Assembly: GCA_029564175.1 (NCBI GenBank)
Contig: JAKQQL010000187.1
Span: 1 to 46,592 of the forward strand
DNA: 46,592 nucleotides
DNA from: Candidatus Cloacimonadota bacterium
GTDB lineage: Bacteria; Cloacimonadota; Cloacimonadia; Cloacimonadales; WRIO01
Direction of reading: 5' to 3'
Of the stretch, positions 27,617-37,559 are shown one piece after another. The notes under the pieces are model-generated. The model was not told the origin of the DNA and did no database searches. It saw only the letters and a program-made list of their open reading frames with translations. A program made the position numbers and the translations under genes. Each line of letters starts with the position of its first letter. The first letter of the stretch is position 1.

Positions 27617-28024
27617 ATGGCAAAGATAAAAAAATCTCCAAGACCTCAAGCTGAAATTCCAACAGCATCCATGTCAGATATTGCCTTCTTACTCTTAATA
27701 TTCTTTATCGTGTCCACTGTGTTTGTAAAAGGGAAAGTCATCAAAGTCGCAATGCCTAAAGCTGAGAGTATTGATAAGATTCCCCGTTCTCATGCAGTGA
27801 CATTATACGTAGATAAAGTAGGTAACATAACTGTTGATGATTATTCCATACAAATTCCTCAGGTTGAAATGGTAATGATAAAAAAATTACAGCAAGATTT
27901 TAACATGATAACCTGCTTCAGAACTGATAGAGAAACCAGTTATGGTGTGATGGCTGATATTATGAATCAACTTAGAAAAGCTAACGCACTTCGTGTATCT
28001 TTTGAAGCTAAGAGAAAGTTGTAG
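27617..28024 (+). CDS. exbD: ExbD/TolR biopolymer transporter (second paralog)
   Basis: IPTASMSDIAFLLLIFF. Confidence 0.9.
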   Translation: MAKIKKSPRPQAEIPTASMSDIAFLLLIFFIVSTVFVKGKVIKVAMPKAESIDKIPRSHAVTLYVDKVGNITVDDYSIQIPQVEMVMIKKLQQDFNMITCFRTDRETSYGVMADIMNQLRKANALRVSFEAKRKL

Positions 28025-28031
28025 GTAGATT

Positions 28032-28673
28032 ATGGATATGCAATTTATTGACTGGAAAGATATTGCCAGTAGTTATTACGATAAATGTCTTTCATTAACT
28101 ATTTTACTCATGCTTTTTACCTTTATCGTATTTCCTAATTTTGAAACTAAAGTGATTAAAGCAAAGGAAAGGGTATTAGAGACAGTTGAAGTCCTGGACG
28201 AGATACAGGAAAAAATTGAGCAACCCCAGGAAGTCGCAAAACCAATCGTAAATATTGAAATTGTTGAAGGTGCTGAAGCGGATGACGAAAATATAGAAGA
28301 AATTACTACTATTGAAAAGTCCATTCTTCAACCTGAAGTTGCAATTGCACCTCCTACCCAGGAAGAGGGAAAGACTTCTAAATTTGTGATTTATGAAGAA
28401 CCACCCGTATTTACAGTACAGGTACAGGCGGAATATCCTGCATTTGCTAAAAAAAGTAAGATTCAGGGTACCGTTATACTTGATGTAGAAATTTTAGCTA
28501 ATGGTACCGTTGGTGCTGTTGAAGTTAAAAAGTCATTGCTTCCAGGACCTGGTGGCTTAGATGAAGCTGCTATCGCCTCAATCAAGAAAAGTAAATTCCA
28601 GCCTGCAAAAAACGCAGGAAAACCTGTGGCTGTTTGGGTTACTCTTCCTATCGTATTTAGTTTAAGTAAATAA
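28032..28673 (+). CDS. tonB: Energy transducer TonB
   Basis: N-terminal TM, acidic linker, YPAFAKKSKIQGTV..LDEAA..FQPA..GKPV..PIVF. Confidence 0.9.
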   Translation: MDMQFIDWKDIASSYYDKCLSLTILLMLFTFIVFPNFETKVIKAKERVLETVEVLDEIQEKIEQPQEVAKPIVNIEIVEGAEADDENIEEITTIEKSILQPEVAIAPPTQEEGKTSKFVIYEEPPVFTVQVQAEYPAFAKKSKIQGTVILDVEILANGTVGAVEVKKSLLPGPGGLDEAAIASIKKSKFQPAKNAGKPVAVWVTLPIVFSLSK

Positions 28674-28692
28674 AAAAGTGGAGGAATAGAAT

Positions 28693-31600
28693 ATGAAATT
28701 GTCCAGAACAACAATTTTAGTCATCACACTTGTGATGTTGTTGTCAACTGGTTTACTTCATGCAGCGAAAGCGGTTCCTACTGGTCCTTCGAAAAAGCTT
28801 GACTTAACGAAGTTCCACAATGTAGGAAACATTTGGTTGCGTGTGAGTAACTACGGTTTCTTCGGCTCTGGTGATGATATTACACCACCATGGCCTTCAC
28901 TGGAATATCCTGGTGGTAGTGGTGTTGACTATCTCTATCAGGGTGCTCTTTGGTTTGGTGCCAAAAAATTTAGAAAAAACGCTGAAGGTAAAAGATATTA
29001 CTGGAAAGATTGGGATGGCGTTGCATTGTTAACCTCTTCAAACAATAGTTTGATATTAGAGGGTGACTCCGCATGGGTTAGTTCGATGATTCCTGTAGTT
29101 GATACTTTAGTCACTGTTGGTTTTGATGGTGATGCCGATTTATATGAATTCCTTCCAGCATACAATCCAATTGAATTTGCTCAACCTGGATACACAATAT
29201 ATAACCCAGAAGATCAGGTCGCAACAGCATCTATCCGTACCCAACGCCGTGGTATTGATGATGACGGTGATGGCTGGATTGATGAAGATCCTGTTGGTTT
29301 TGCTTTCCCATTCAGAAAATCTACAGAATTACCTGCTCCATTTGCTTCATTTGGTAGTGATGTCAGTACAGGTTATTTACACGATATTACCGGTTCTCCA
29401 AATGTGATCACAGAAAATCTTGCCATCTGGTTTCCTCTTGGTTTTACAGATTTGAGTGTTGTTGGAGATGGTCATTATAATTTTGCATTGGCAAAAGATG
29501 ATGATAATGACGGACTTCGTGACGAAGACGGTGCTCCTGTTTCTGAACAGGATTATATTTCTTATTATTATGACTACAGTCCATTCGGTTTCAGTGGTCA
29601 GAGAGATTTTGGTGGTAGTGCTTCTTCAAATGAACACGTTGCATTAAATGTACGTGTGAGACAGATGAGCTACCAATGGTCTTATGAATTTATTAAAAAT
29701 CTTGCTTATGTTGAATTCAATGTGACCAATATGAACCCAAGAGATACATTATATGACTGTGCAATGGGTATTTATATGGACTCTGACGTAGGACCTCAGG
29801 CTTGGGGTAGTGACAAAGCGAAAGATGACAAATCAGGTTATGTCAGTGGTAAAGGTGCTGAATTTGCCTTTACGTTCGATGCTGATTTCGATGCTGGTCA
29901 AAGTCCAGGATACGTTGGTTCACGTGTTTGTACACCAGACCCTGAAAAATTAGAATTCGCTTGCTGGTTCTGGGAAGTGGGTGATGGTCCTGAAGATGGA
30001 AAACCATTACAATACTGGAACTTAACCGGAAAAACTGCCAATGAAAAATATTGGCTTTTAACCGGAAGAAACCCTAATACTTCAAAATTTACTGCTTTAA
30101 GATATCCACCTCAGGCAGAAGGTGAAAGTACTACTTATATTCAGGATGAACCAAAAGATACCCGTTATTTATTTGCTTTCTACGGAAATCAAACTGGTAT
30201 TGCGACTCCTGCAGATTCTGCAAGCTGGAACTTAGCGCCAAAGAAAACAATGAAAATTGTGATTGCTATTTTCCCTGGCGATACAATAGAAGAATTAAAA
30301 GAAACAGCTCGTTGGGCAAAAGAAGTGTATGGCGATGCTCAGACACTGACAACCGTTATTCAGCCTGATACTGTTTCTCATTACAATCCACCAGAGCCTC
30401 CAGAAATTCCTAAATCATATTCTAAAATGGTAGATAATGCTAATGGTGGTGTGGATATTGATGTTTACTGGGATAACCGAAGTGAATTTACAGTTGACTA
30501 TATCACTGTAGGTAAAGAACAGTTAGGCTGGAATAATATTTCAGGTCTTGACAGTGACTCCACCTCTGTTGATATGAATACAATTCCTCCTCAATTTAGA
30601 AACTTACCTAATGCACTCGCTAAGGTTAATCCGTTTACTGCATGGAGATTAAGACACGATTTCCAGGGCTACAGCTTATGGCAAAGATCTGGTAACGGTC
30701 GTGCTGACAGATGGATGCTTGTGAATCGTTGGGATAAAGTTGAAACTGATAAGGATCATCAGGATTATGTTGTGAATTTAGGTCAAACTGAATTTATAGA
30801 TTTTGGTGGAGATCAGGGTCGTAATATCGGATTACCTAATGATGTAGAAGTGAATATTTATAATTTCTCATATTATGAGGGTTACAAAATTCTTGATGAA
30901 AATTATTTCCCAAGAGATATTCAAATCGGAGATATGGTTTACGGAAAACCTTTATACAATACTAAAACAGCTGCTCAGGTAATGACAGAAATTAGTGATT
31001 ATAACACAGTTGTTCCTCCTCTGTCAGATGATAGAATTAAAAAGGAAGCATTATACTTTAAACATGCCGATGTTACAGATGAAATGTTCCTGGCTTTATT
31101 CGATGATTCTCTTATTCCATTACGTGGTCACTTAGGTCAAAGTTCTTTAACTGGCTCAGTTGAAGATACCGATCACAGAAACAGCAGATTAACCAGAAAA
31201 TACTACAATGCGAAGATCATCAATGTTCGTCGCGGTGTTGAACATTACAGTGCAGTAACAGCATGGGATCGTGGTATGCCTTCAAAACAGCTTCAGGCGC
31301 TTGAATCAGGCCGTGATGCAAATATGAAAGTATATTTCCCAGGTCCAGGATCTAAATCAAATATGGACAATATCTATGTCGTTCCAAACCCATATCGTGG
31401 CGCAAGCGATTTTGACGGAAGACGTGATAAAGATACTAAAGGTGACAAGAGCAGAAGAATCTGGTTTGTCAATCTTCCTGAAAGATGTAACGTTCAGATC
31501 TATACTTTAGCAGGTGACCTTGTTGGTGAATTTGAACACAACGGCGAACATGCAGAAGATATTATCTCAATTTCTAAGGCAACAAATTCCGGTCTTGCAG

Positions 31601-31731
31601 CAAGTGGTATCCACTCATGGAATTTATTAACCAAGAATAACCAGATACTTGCCAGTGGCGTTTATCTTTTCTCTGTAAAAGATAAAGCTTCAGGTGATGT
31701 CAAAGTCGGCAAATTCGCTATTATCAGATAA
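28693..31731 (+). CDS. 1012-aa secreted protein with T9SS-type C-terminal domain (PorV-adjacent), function unknown
   Basis: Signal peptide; HNVGNIWLRVSNYG..LEYPGGSG; DxDxDG repeats; Fn3-like DFQGY..YSAVTAWD; IYVVPNPY..IYTLAGDLV..ASGVYLF..KFAIIR. Confidence 0.8.
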   Translation: MKLSRTTILVITLVMLLSTGLLHAAKAVPTGPSKKLDLTKFHNVGNIWLRVSNYGFFGSGDDITPPWPSLEYPGGSGVDYLYQGALWFGAKKFRKNAEGKRYYWKDWDGVALLTSSNNSLILEGDSAWVSSMIPVVDTLVTVGFDGDADLYEFLPAYNPIEFAQPGYTIYNPEDQVATASIRTQRRGIDDDGDGWIDEDPVGFAFPFRKSTELPAPFASFGSDVSTGYLHDITGSPNVITENLAIWFPLGFTDLSVVGDGHYNFALAKDDDNDGLRDEDGAPVSEQDYISYYYDYSPFGFSGQRDFGGSASSNEHVALNVRVRQMSYQWSYEFIKNLAYVEFNVTNMNPRDTLYDCAMGIYMDSDVGPQAWGSDKAKDDKSGYVSGKGAEFAFTFDADFDAGQSPGYVGSRVCTPDPEKLEFACWFWEVGDGPEDGKPLQYWNLTGKTANEKYWLLTGRNPNTSKFTALRYPPQAEGESTTYIQDEPKDTRYLFAFYGNQTGIATPADSASWNLAPKKTMKIVIAIFPGDTIEELKETARWAKEVYGDAQTLTTVIQPDTVSHYNPPEPPEIPKSYSKMVDNANGGVDIDVYWDNRSEFTVDYITVGKEQLGWNNISGLDSDSTSVDMNTIPPQFRNLPNALAKVNPFTAWRLRHDFQGYSLWQRSGNGRADRWMLVNRWDKVETDKDHQDYVVNLGQTEFIDFGGDQGRNIGLPNDVEVNIYNFSYYEGYKILDENYFPRDIQIGDMVYGKPLYNTKTAAQVMTEISDYNTVVPPLSDDRIKKEALYFKHADVTDEMFLALFDDSLIPLRGHLGQSSLTGSVEDTDHRNSRLTRKYYNAKIINVRRGVEHYSAVTAWDRGMPSKQLQALESGRDANMKVYFPGPGSKSNMDNIYVVPNPYRGASDFDGRRDKDTKGDKSRRIWFVNLPERCNVQIYTLAGDLVGEFEHNGEHAEDIISISKATNSGLAASGIHSWNLLTKNNQILASGVYLFSVKDKASGDVKVGKFAIIR

Positions 31732-31740
31732 GGAGGAAAA

Positions 31741-32766
31741 ATGAAAAAGATAATAATACCTTTCATCATCCTGTCACTGATTCCGATTGCATTATCAGCT
31801 TCCATATTCGGAAAAACAGGTACTGCCTCCTTACAATTCCTGAAATTAGGTGTGGATGCCCGTGCAATTGGTATGGGTGAAGCATATACAGCCGTAACAA
31901 ACGATGTATCTTCACTATACTGGAATCCAGCGGGTATTTCCAGAAATTTCGGAAAACAGGTTATGTTCTCACATACCAAATGGCCAGCAAGTATCAGTCA
32001 TGAATTCGTCGGATACTCACAGGAAACAGATTTTGGTATTTTGGGTTTTCAGGCTTCCATTCTTCATATGGATGATATGGATGTTACCGAAGAGAACGCT
32101 TTTGGGCCAACCGGTGAAAAATTCACTGCCAGCAACGTCGCTCTTGGTTTAACATACGCTCAGGCTTTTACCGATAAATTCTCTTTTGGTATTACCGCAA
32201 AATATCTGAGAGAAGATATCTGGGAAGAAAATATCAATAACTTCTCTGTTGATCTTGGAACTCTTTATAATACAGGATATAAAAACCTGACTGTAGGGAT
32301 GGCTTTAAGAAATTTCGGACCTGACATCAAATACGAAATTGACTACGACGAAGATGGTCTGGTTGATGAAGATCCATTTGATTTGTTTGATAATGATGGA
32401 GATGGATTAACAGATGAAGACAGACCTGAAACTGAATTTAAAATTCCTATGAATTTCTCTTTAGGTGTTGCAATGGACCTGATGAGACAAGAAAACCGTT
32501 ACTGGATTGCTTCTGCACAGATCGATAACTGTGTGGACAGAAAAGAAACATGGAATCTTGGTACTGAATACAATTATAATAATATGTTCCTCAGAGCTGG
32601 TAAACAAATCGGTTATGATGCGGCAAATTATTCTTTTGGGTTCGGCGTCAAAGTACCTACCAGAATCGGCTCATTTGATGTAGATTACGCTTATACCGAT
32701 ATGGGACGTTTAGCAGAAGATTTCTTAAATTCTGCTCACCGCGTTTCAGTTAAGTTAGCGTTCTAA
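31741..32766 (+). CDS. PorV/PorQ family outer-membrane beta-barrel
   Basis: FLKLGVDARAIGMGEAY..SLYWNPAG signature; C-terminal Phe. Confidence 0.88.
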   Translation: MKKIIIPFIILSLIPIALSASIFGKTGTASLQFLKLGVDARAIGMGEAYTAVTNDVSSLYWNPAGISRNFGKQVMFSHTKWPASISHEFVGYSQETDFGILGFQASILHMDDMDVTEENAFGPTGEKFTASNVALGLTYAQAFTDKFSFGITAKYLREDIWEENINNFSVDLGTLYNTGYKNLTVGMALRNFGPDIKYEIDYDEDGLVDEDPFDLFDNDGDGLTDEDRPETEFKIPMNFSLGVAMDLMRQENRYWIASAQIDNCVDRKETWNLGTEYNYNNMFLRAGKQIGYDAANYSFGFGVKVPTRIGSFDVDYAYTDMGRLAEDFLNSAHRVSVKLAF

Positions 32767-32776
32767 TATAACTTAG

Positions 32777-32808
32777 AGGTGAGCTTGAAAAAGCTCACCT
32801 TTTTCTTT
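32777..32808 (+). terminator. Intrinsic terminator closing the TonB/PorV operon
   Basis: AGGTGAGCTT-GAAA-AAGCTCACCT then TTTTCTTT. Confidence 0.85.
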
Positions 32809-32839
32809 AATCACATTTTATGTAAAACAAGGGGATGTC

Positions 32840-33787
32840 GTGGAAAAATATGATGTAGCAATTATTGGTGCTGGTCCTGCTGGTTTAAGTGCAGCAATTT
32901 ATGCCGCCAGAGGTGGTTTAAAAACCATTGTATTTGAAAAAGGACTTATTGGTGGTCAGATTGTTGTAACTGCTGATGTTGAAAATTATCCTGGATTTGA
33001 AGAAACACTTTCCGGATTTGAGATCATGGAAAAAATGCGATTGCAGACTTTGAAATTCAATGCTGTTATCAGAGAAGAATCTGTTAAAGGCATTGCATTT
33101 GAGGGATTATGTAAGGTCATTGAAACGGACGAGAATCAATACCGTGTCAAGTCAATAATCATAGCTACAGGCGCTCACCCCAGAAAGTTAAATGTACCAG
33201 GAGAAGAAAAATTCACTGGACGGGGTGTTTCTTACTGTGCTACCTGTGATGGTGCTTTATATCGTAATAAAATTGTTGCAGTGAATGGGGGAGGAGACTC
33301 AGCTGTTGAAGAAGCCTTATTTTTAACTCGTTTTGCTGAGAAAGTCTATATTATTCACAGACGTGATAGCCTGAGAGCTGTTCATGCCATTCAAGAAAGA
33401 GCTTTCAAAAATCCAAAAATTGAATTTATATGGGATACTGTTGTACAGGAAGTCAATGGAGATAAACAAGTTGAATCACTTACATTGTTTAATAAGAAAA
33501 ACAATGAAGTAACTCAACTCCCTGTGCATGGTCTGTTCATATATGTTGGCATCATTCCTAATAATGATTTGTTTGAATCCAGAATTACTTTGGATACACA
33601 AGGCTTTATCATCACAAATGATGATATGGAAACAAATATTCCTGGTGTATATGCCGCTGGTGATATCAGAAAAAAATTGTTAAGACAGGTCGTTACTGCG
33701 ACTGCAGATGGCGCTATTGCTGCATTTGCCGCAGAAAAATGGATTGTTGAACACTTAAATAACTTTGAGGTTGAAAATGGAAAATAA
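32840..33787 (+). CDS. trxB: Thioredoxin-disulfide reductase
   Basis: [32 protein letters not shown]. Confidence 0.96.
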   Translation: MEKYDVAIIGAGPAGLSAAIYAARGGLKTIVFEKGLIGGQIVVTADVENYPGFEETLSGFEIMEKMRLQTLKFNAVIREESVKGIAFEGLCKVIETDENQYRVKSIIIATGAHPRKLNVPGEEKFTGRGVSYCATCDGALYRNKIVAVNGGGDSAVEEALFLTRFAEKVYIIHRRDSLRAVHAIQERAFKNPKIEFIWDTVVQEVNGDKQVESLTLFNKKNNEVTQLPVHGLFIYVGIIPNNDLFESRITLDTQGFIITNDDMETNIPGVYAAGDIRKKLLRQVVTATADGAIAAFAAEKWIVEHLNNFEVENGK

Positions 33788-34229
33788 AAATTTTCTTGAG
33801 ATTATTGAATATGCAATCGAAAAAGAAAATGAAGCAATCGATTTCTACACCGAACTAAAAATGAATGAAAAACTTCCAAATGTGATAAAAGTGCTTGATG
33901 ATATTATCAACATGGAAAAAGGTCATATCAATCGTTTGAATATGCTCAGAACAAGTGGTCCGGTGAGTGTTGAAAAGATAGAGATGAGATCCATGAATTT
34001 AAGTGACTACTATGAAAAACAGCTTAGTTATGAAAATATGGATTATATTAGCCTGTTAAGAATAGCTATGAAACGTGAAGATCAGGCTAAAAAACTCTAT
34101 CTAGATCTGGCAAACTATACAACAGATACTGATATACGTAATTTATTTTTACTTCTTTCTTCAGAAGAAGATCAACATAAAGCTTTATTTGAAGAAATTT
34201 ATCAGGATTACGTATTAGTGAATAACTAA
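33777..34229 (+). CDS. Ferritin-like/rubrerythrin diiron protein
   Basis: AIEKE..FY..MEKGH and AMKRE..LY..EEDQH; ATG at 33777 after GAGG preferred to TTG 33765. Confidence 0.85.
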   Translation: MENKNFLEIIEYAIEKENEAIDFYTELKMNEKLPNVIKVLDDIINMEKGHINRLNMLRTSGPVSVEKIEMRSMNLSDYYEKQLSYENMDYISLLRIAMKREDQAKKLYLDLANYTTDTDIRNLFLLLSSEEDQHKALFEEIYQDYVLVNN

Positions 34230-34232
34230 AAT

Positions 34233-35345
34233 ATGCCGTTAAAAAGATTTCTGATTGTGATGATGATAGTATTTACCTTTGTAAATACTATCTTTTCACA
34301 AACAGCCAGCGAAAAAAAAAAAGAACTGGATAAGGTCAAAAAAGAAATTACAGCCAGTAAAAAAAAAGCCAGTGAATCTGAAAAAAAGAAAAAACAGGCA
34401 ATCGCCAGTAAAAAAAAGGTTGAATCTGAACTTAAAAAAACTCAGAAAAAAGTCAGTCAACTGAAAAATACTGAATCTCATTTAAAGAAGAATCTGAACT
34501 TAAAAAAAAATTTACTGAATTCTACCAGAGAAGAATTAACTCAAACGGCTTCAGCGGGAAATAATTCACTAAAACTGCTACTGCTAGACGAAAACAGAGA
34601 TAAATATCTGCAATGCTTCGAAATGTATAAGTATCCTTTGGCAGTTCTTGTTAATAACAGCTCAAATAAGTACAATTCTCTATCTTTACAAAAAAAAACA
34701 CTTGAAAATGAAACCAATAAAACTGAGCTGGCGGTAAAAAACATTCATTTTCAAGGACTTGTCGAAAATAAAAAAGCTAAAAATTATCTGTTTCAGACTT
34801 CTAAACTGGAAAAAGATATTCAGAAATATGAACAAGAGCGAAAGTCATATCTTCAAAAAGCGCAAAAATTACAAAAAAATGCTCAGGCATTGCAGGCATT
34901 AATAAAAAAACTTACGCCTAAACCAACCGAACAAAAACATTATTCCTACAAATTTCCTGGTGGTCAGTTGAGCTGGCCTGTAAAAGGTAAAATTATACGT
35001 CAATATGGGGTTCAAACTCACGAGAAGTACAATATTTCGACTATGAATAATGGCGTGGATATTGCCGTTAATTTTGGCTCTTCTGTAAAAGCTTCAGCCG
35101 ATGGTGAAGTCGTGTATGCTGATACTTTTTCAGGGTCAGGACAAATGATCATCATCGATCATAAGAATGGTTATCATAGTGTTTATGGCAATAATAGTCA
35201 GTTAAACGTATCAAGAGGTGCTCACGTTAAAAAAGGTCAGGCGATTGCCTATTCTGGAAACAGTAGTTCTACAGGTGAGGCATCAGTCCATTTTGAACTG
35301 AGAAAAAATGGAAAACCCGTCAACCCATTAGGATATTTGAATTGA
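34233..35345 (+). CDS. EnvC-like coiled-coil protein with M23 peptidase domain
   Basis: Signal peptide, Lys-rich coiled coil, WPVKG..NNGVDI..IIIDH..VHFELR; first Zn His of HxxxD replaced by N as in EnvC. Confidence 0.85.
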   Translation: MPLKRFLIVMMIVFTFVNTIFSQTASEKKKELDKVKKEITASKKKASESEKKKKQAIASKKKVESELKKTQKKVSQLKNTESHLKKNLNLKKNLLNSTREELTQTASAGNNSLKLLLLDENRDKYLQCFEMYKYPLAVLVNNSSNKYNSLSLQKKTLENETNKTELAVKNIHFQGLVENKKAKNYLFQTSKLEKDIQKYEQERKSYLQKAQKLQKNAQALQALIKKLTPKPTEQKHYSYKFPGGQLSWPVKGKIIRQYGVQTHEKYNISTMNNGVDIAVNFGSSVKASADGEVVYADTFSGSGQMIIIDHKNGYHSVYGNNSQLNVSRGAHVKKGQAIAYSGNSSSTGEASVHFELRKNGKPVNPLGYLN

Positions 35346-36406
35346 AAATAATACATTACTCAGATAAAAAAACCGAACTTACAGATGAAGTATTTTTGCA
35401 TTTTACAGGATACATGCTTGGCATATCCTGTCTTGCAAAAAGTGATATAGGAATAAAGAGAATATATCAACTGAAGGAACGACCTGATTCTAAAGGATTA
35501 ATCATGTTATGTGATAGTCTAGAGATGGTTTGTAAAGAATTGCAGCTCACTATAGACAATAAAAGATTAAATAGATTTTTAAATAGAATCTGGCCAGGAA
35601 ATATAACGATCATATTAGAAAATCATAATCCTGCTTACCAGAGAATTAGCGTTAATAATAAAGTGGCTGTCAGAGTGCCAGATAATCATTTGCTAAGGGA
35701 ATTCATATATCACCATGGACCATTAGTCAGTACAAGTGTCAATAAGAATGGTAAAAGCCCATGTCTCACCTTGAAGGAAGTTGAAGAAACATACGCTGAC
35801 TGGTTTGATTTTGCTTTACTCCCAACAGGTTTTAAATCAGCTTTGGGGACACCTTCCACTTTGATAGATATCAAAAGTATGTCATTATCTAATCATTTGA
35901 ATATATTGAGAGAAGGTAGTATGTCAGAAGATCAATTAAACAATATCTCGAACAGTATTAACATAAGCTTCGCCTGTGTTGGTAATATATGCAGGAGTCC
36001 AATTGCAGAGTATTATGCAAAAAGTTTGAGAGATTATGGTTCGAACCAGGTGTCTTTTACTTCCTGTGGATTGTTAGAGGATGGGATCAAAATATCCAGA
36101 AATTCAAAGATTATTCTGCAAGAGTGGGGTATCAACTCAGATATACACAGATCAAGAAGAATTACACAACAAATTTTAGCAGATAATGATTATATTTTAA
36201 CAATGACGGAAGAGATAAAACACAGAATACTAAATGAGTTTCCAGATGGAAAATCTAAAATCTTCAGTTTGGGTGAGTTTACGGGTTTTAACGAGGATAT
36301 TGAAGATCCTTACGGTATGGATTTGAGCTATTATGAAAAAACAGCTCTGCAAATTAAGGAAATGATCGATCGTTTAAGTATGATGATTATTAATAATGAA
36401 GTTTGA
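35342..36406 (+). CDS. Fusion of Sua5/YrdC (TsaC-like) domain and low-molecular-weight protein phosphatase
   Basis: IYQLKERP, WPGNITII, VAVRVP, STSVN, PSTLID; CVGNICRS and DIEDPY. Confidence 0.85.
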   Translation: MKIIHYSDKKTELTDEVFLHFTGYMLGISCLAKSDIGIKRIYQLKERPDSKGLIMLCDSLEMVCKELQLTIDNKRLNRFLNRIWPGNITIILENHNPAYQRISVNNKVAVRVPDNHLLREFIYHHGPLVSTSVNKNGKSPCLTLKEVEETYADWFDFALLPTGFKSALGTPSTLIDIKSMSLSNHLNILREGSMSEDQLNNISNSINISFACVGNICRSPIAEYYAKSLRDYGSNQVSFTSCGLLEDGIKISRNSKIILQEWGINSDIHRSRRITQQILADNDYILTMTEEIKHRILNEFPDGKSKIFSLGEFTGFNEDIEDPYGMDLSYYEKTALQIKEMIDRLSMMIINNEV

Positions 36407-36419
36407 TTCAGGAGAAAAG

Positions 36420-37559
36420 ATGCCTTCAGTGTTTTGGATTGCTGGTGAAAATTCAGGCGATTTACACGCTTCTTATGTAATGAAACAGTTAAATCAATCA
36501 GGTTATGATTTTAATCATTGTGGCATAGGTGGATACCATATGCAAAGCAATGGCTTAAAGGCTTTATTTCCTTTTAACCGGTTTAATGTAATGGGTTTCT
36601 TTGAAGTGATTAAACACCTGAAATTTTTTGCTAAAGTAGAAAAAGAGATTAAAAATCATTTTATAAAAAATAAACCTGACTTACTCATATTGGTTGACTA
36701 TCCCGGACTAAATTTGAGAATGGCTAAAATTGCAAGTGAAATGGATATTCCAGTCTTTTACTATATTTCACCTCAGTTTTGGGCATGGAAACATCATCGG
36801 GTCAAACAACTGGCTGAATATACGCAGAAAGTGGCATGTATATTGCCTTTTGAACCAGATTTACTGCATATTCATCAAGTGGATGCTGAATATGTAGGTC
36901 ATCCAATTATTGAAGAGATCAGTATCAAATGTGATAAACAACAGTTTGGAAAGATGATGAACTTAAATCCTGATAAGAAATGGATTTCATTCTTTCCTGG
37001 TAGCCGTAAAGATGAAGTCGAAAAGTTATTGCCAATTTATTTAAAAACGATTAGTCTGATGAATAAAAATCATTATGAATTTATGATTTCAAGAGCATCC
37101 ACTATTCGTGAAAGAGATTTCATGGATTTGTTGAATAGAAATTGTGATGATCTGAACCAGATAAAAATTGTGTCATCCAATAATTATGAAATGATGAAAC
37201 ACAGTGATTTCTCTGTCATCAAGTCGGGAACCAGTACACTGGAAGCCGCTTATATCGGGACTCCTTATCTGATATGTTATAAAGCAAATCCAATATCATA
37301 CTGGATCGGAAAAAAGATTGTTAAGATTAAATATATCGGCTTGCCAAATATCTTGATGAACAGGATACTTGTCCCTGAATTTATTCAAAATGATGTTAAT
37401 CCTCAAAAACTTAAACAGAAAATTGAAAGTACATTAGATAATGAAACCCTTTATCAAATGACAAAGGAAAACCTGTCTGAGATTCAGCAGGTTTTAGGTA
37501 AAAAATCGGCTAGTAAGCAAACTGCCCGATTAATTCTTGATTTGCTGAGAAGGACATAA
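36420..37559 (+). CDS. lpxB: Lipid-A-disaccharide synthase
   Basis: AGENSGDLH, VDYPGLN, SPQFWAW, PGSR, SGTSTLE, LPNIL; ATG 36420 after AGGAG. Confidence 0.95.
   Translation: MPSVFWIAGENSGDLHASYVMKQLNQSGYDFNHCGIGGYHMQSNGLKALFPFNRFNVMGFFEVIKHLKFFAKVEKEIKNHFIKNKPDLLILVDYPGLNLRMAKIASEMDIPVFYYISPQFWAWKHHRVKQLAEYTQKVACILPFEPDLLHIHQVDAEYVGHPIIEEISIKCDKQQFGKMMNLNPDKKWISFFPGSRKDEVEKLLPIYLKTISLMNKNHYEFMISRASTIRERDFMDLLNRNCDDLNQIKIVSSNNYEMMKHSDFSVIKSGTSTLEAAYIGTPYLICYKANPISYWIGKKIVKIKYIGLPNILMNRILVPEFIQNDVNPQKLKQKIESTLDNETLYQMTKENLSEIQQVLGKKSASKQTARLILDLLRRT

Noticed and set aside
34310..34510. Phase-variable poly(A) tracts in the envC-like gene
   Set aside because: Frame is intact and the runs are explained by Lys-rich coiled-coil codons
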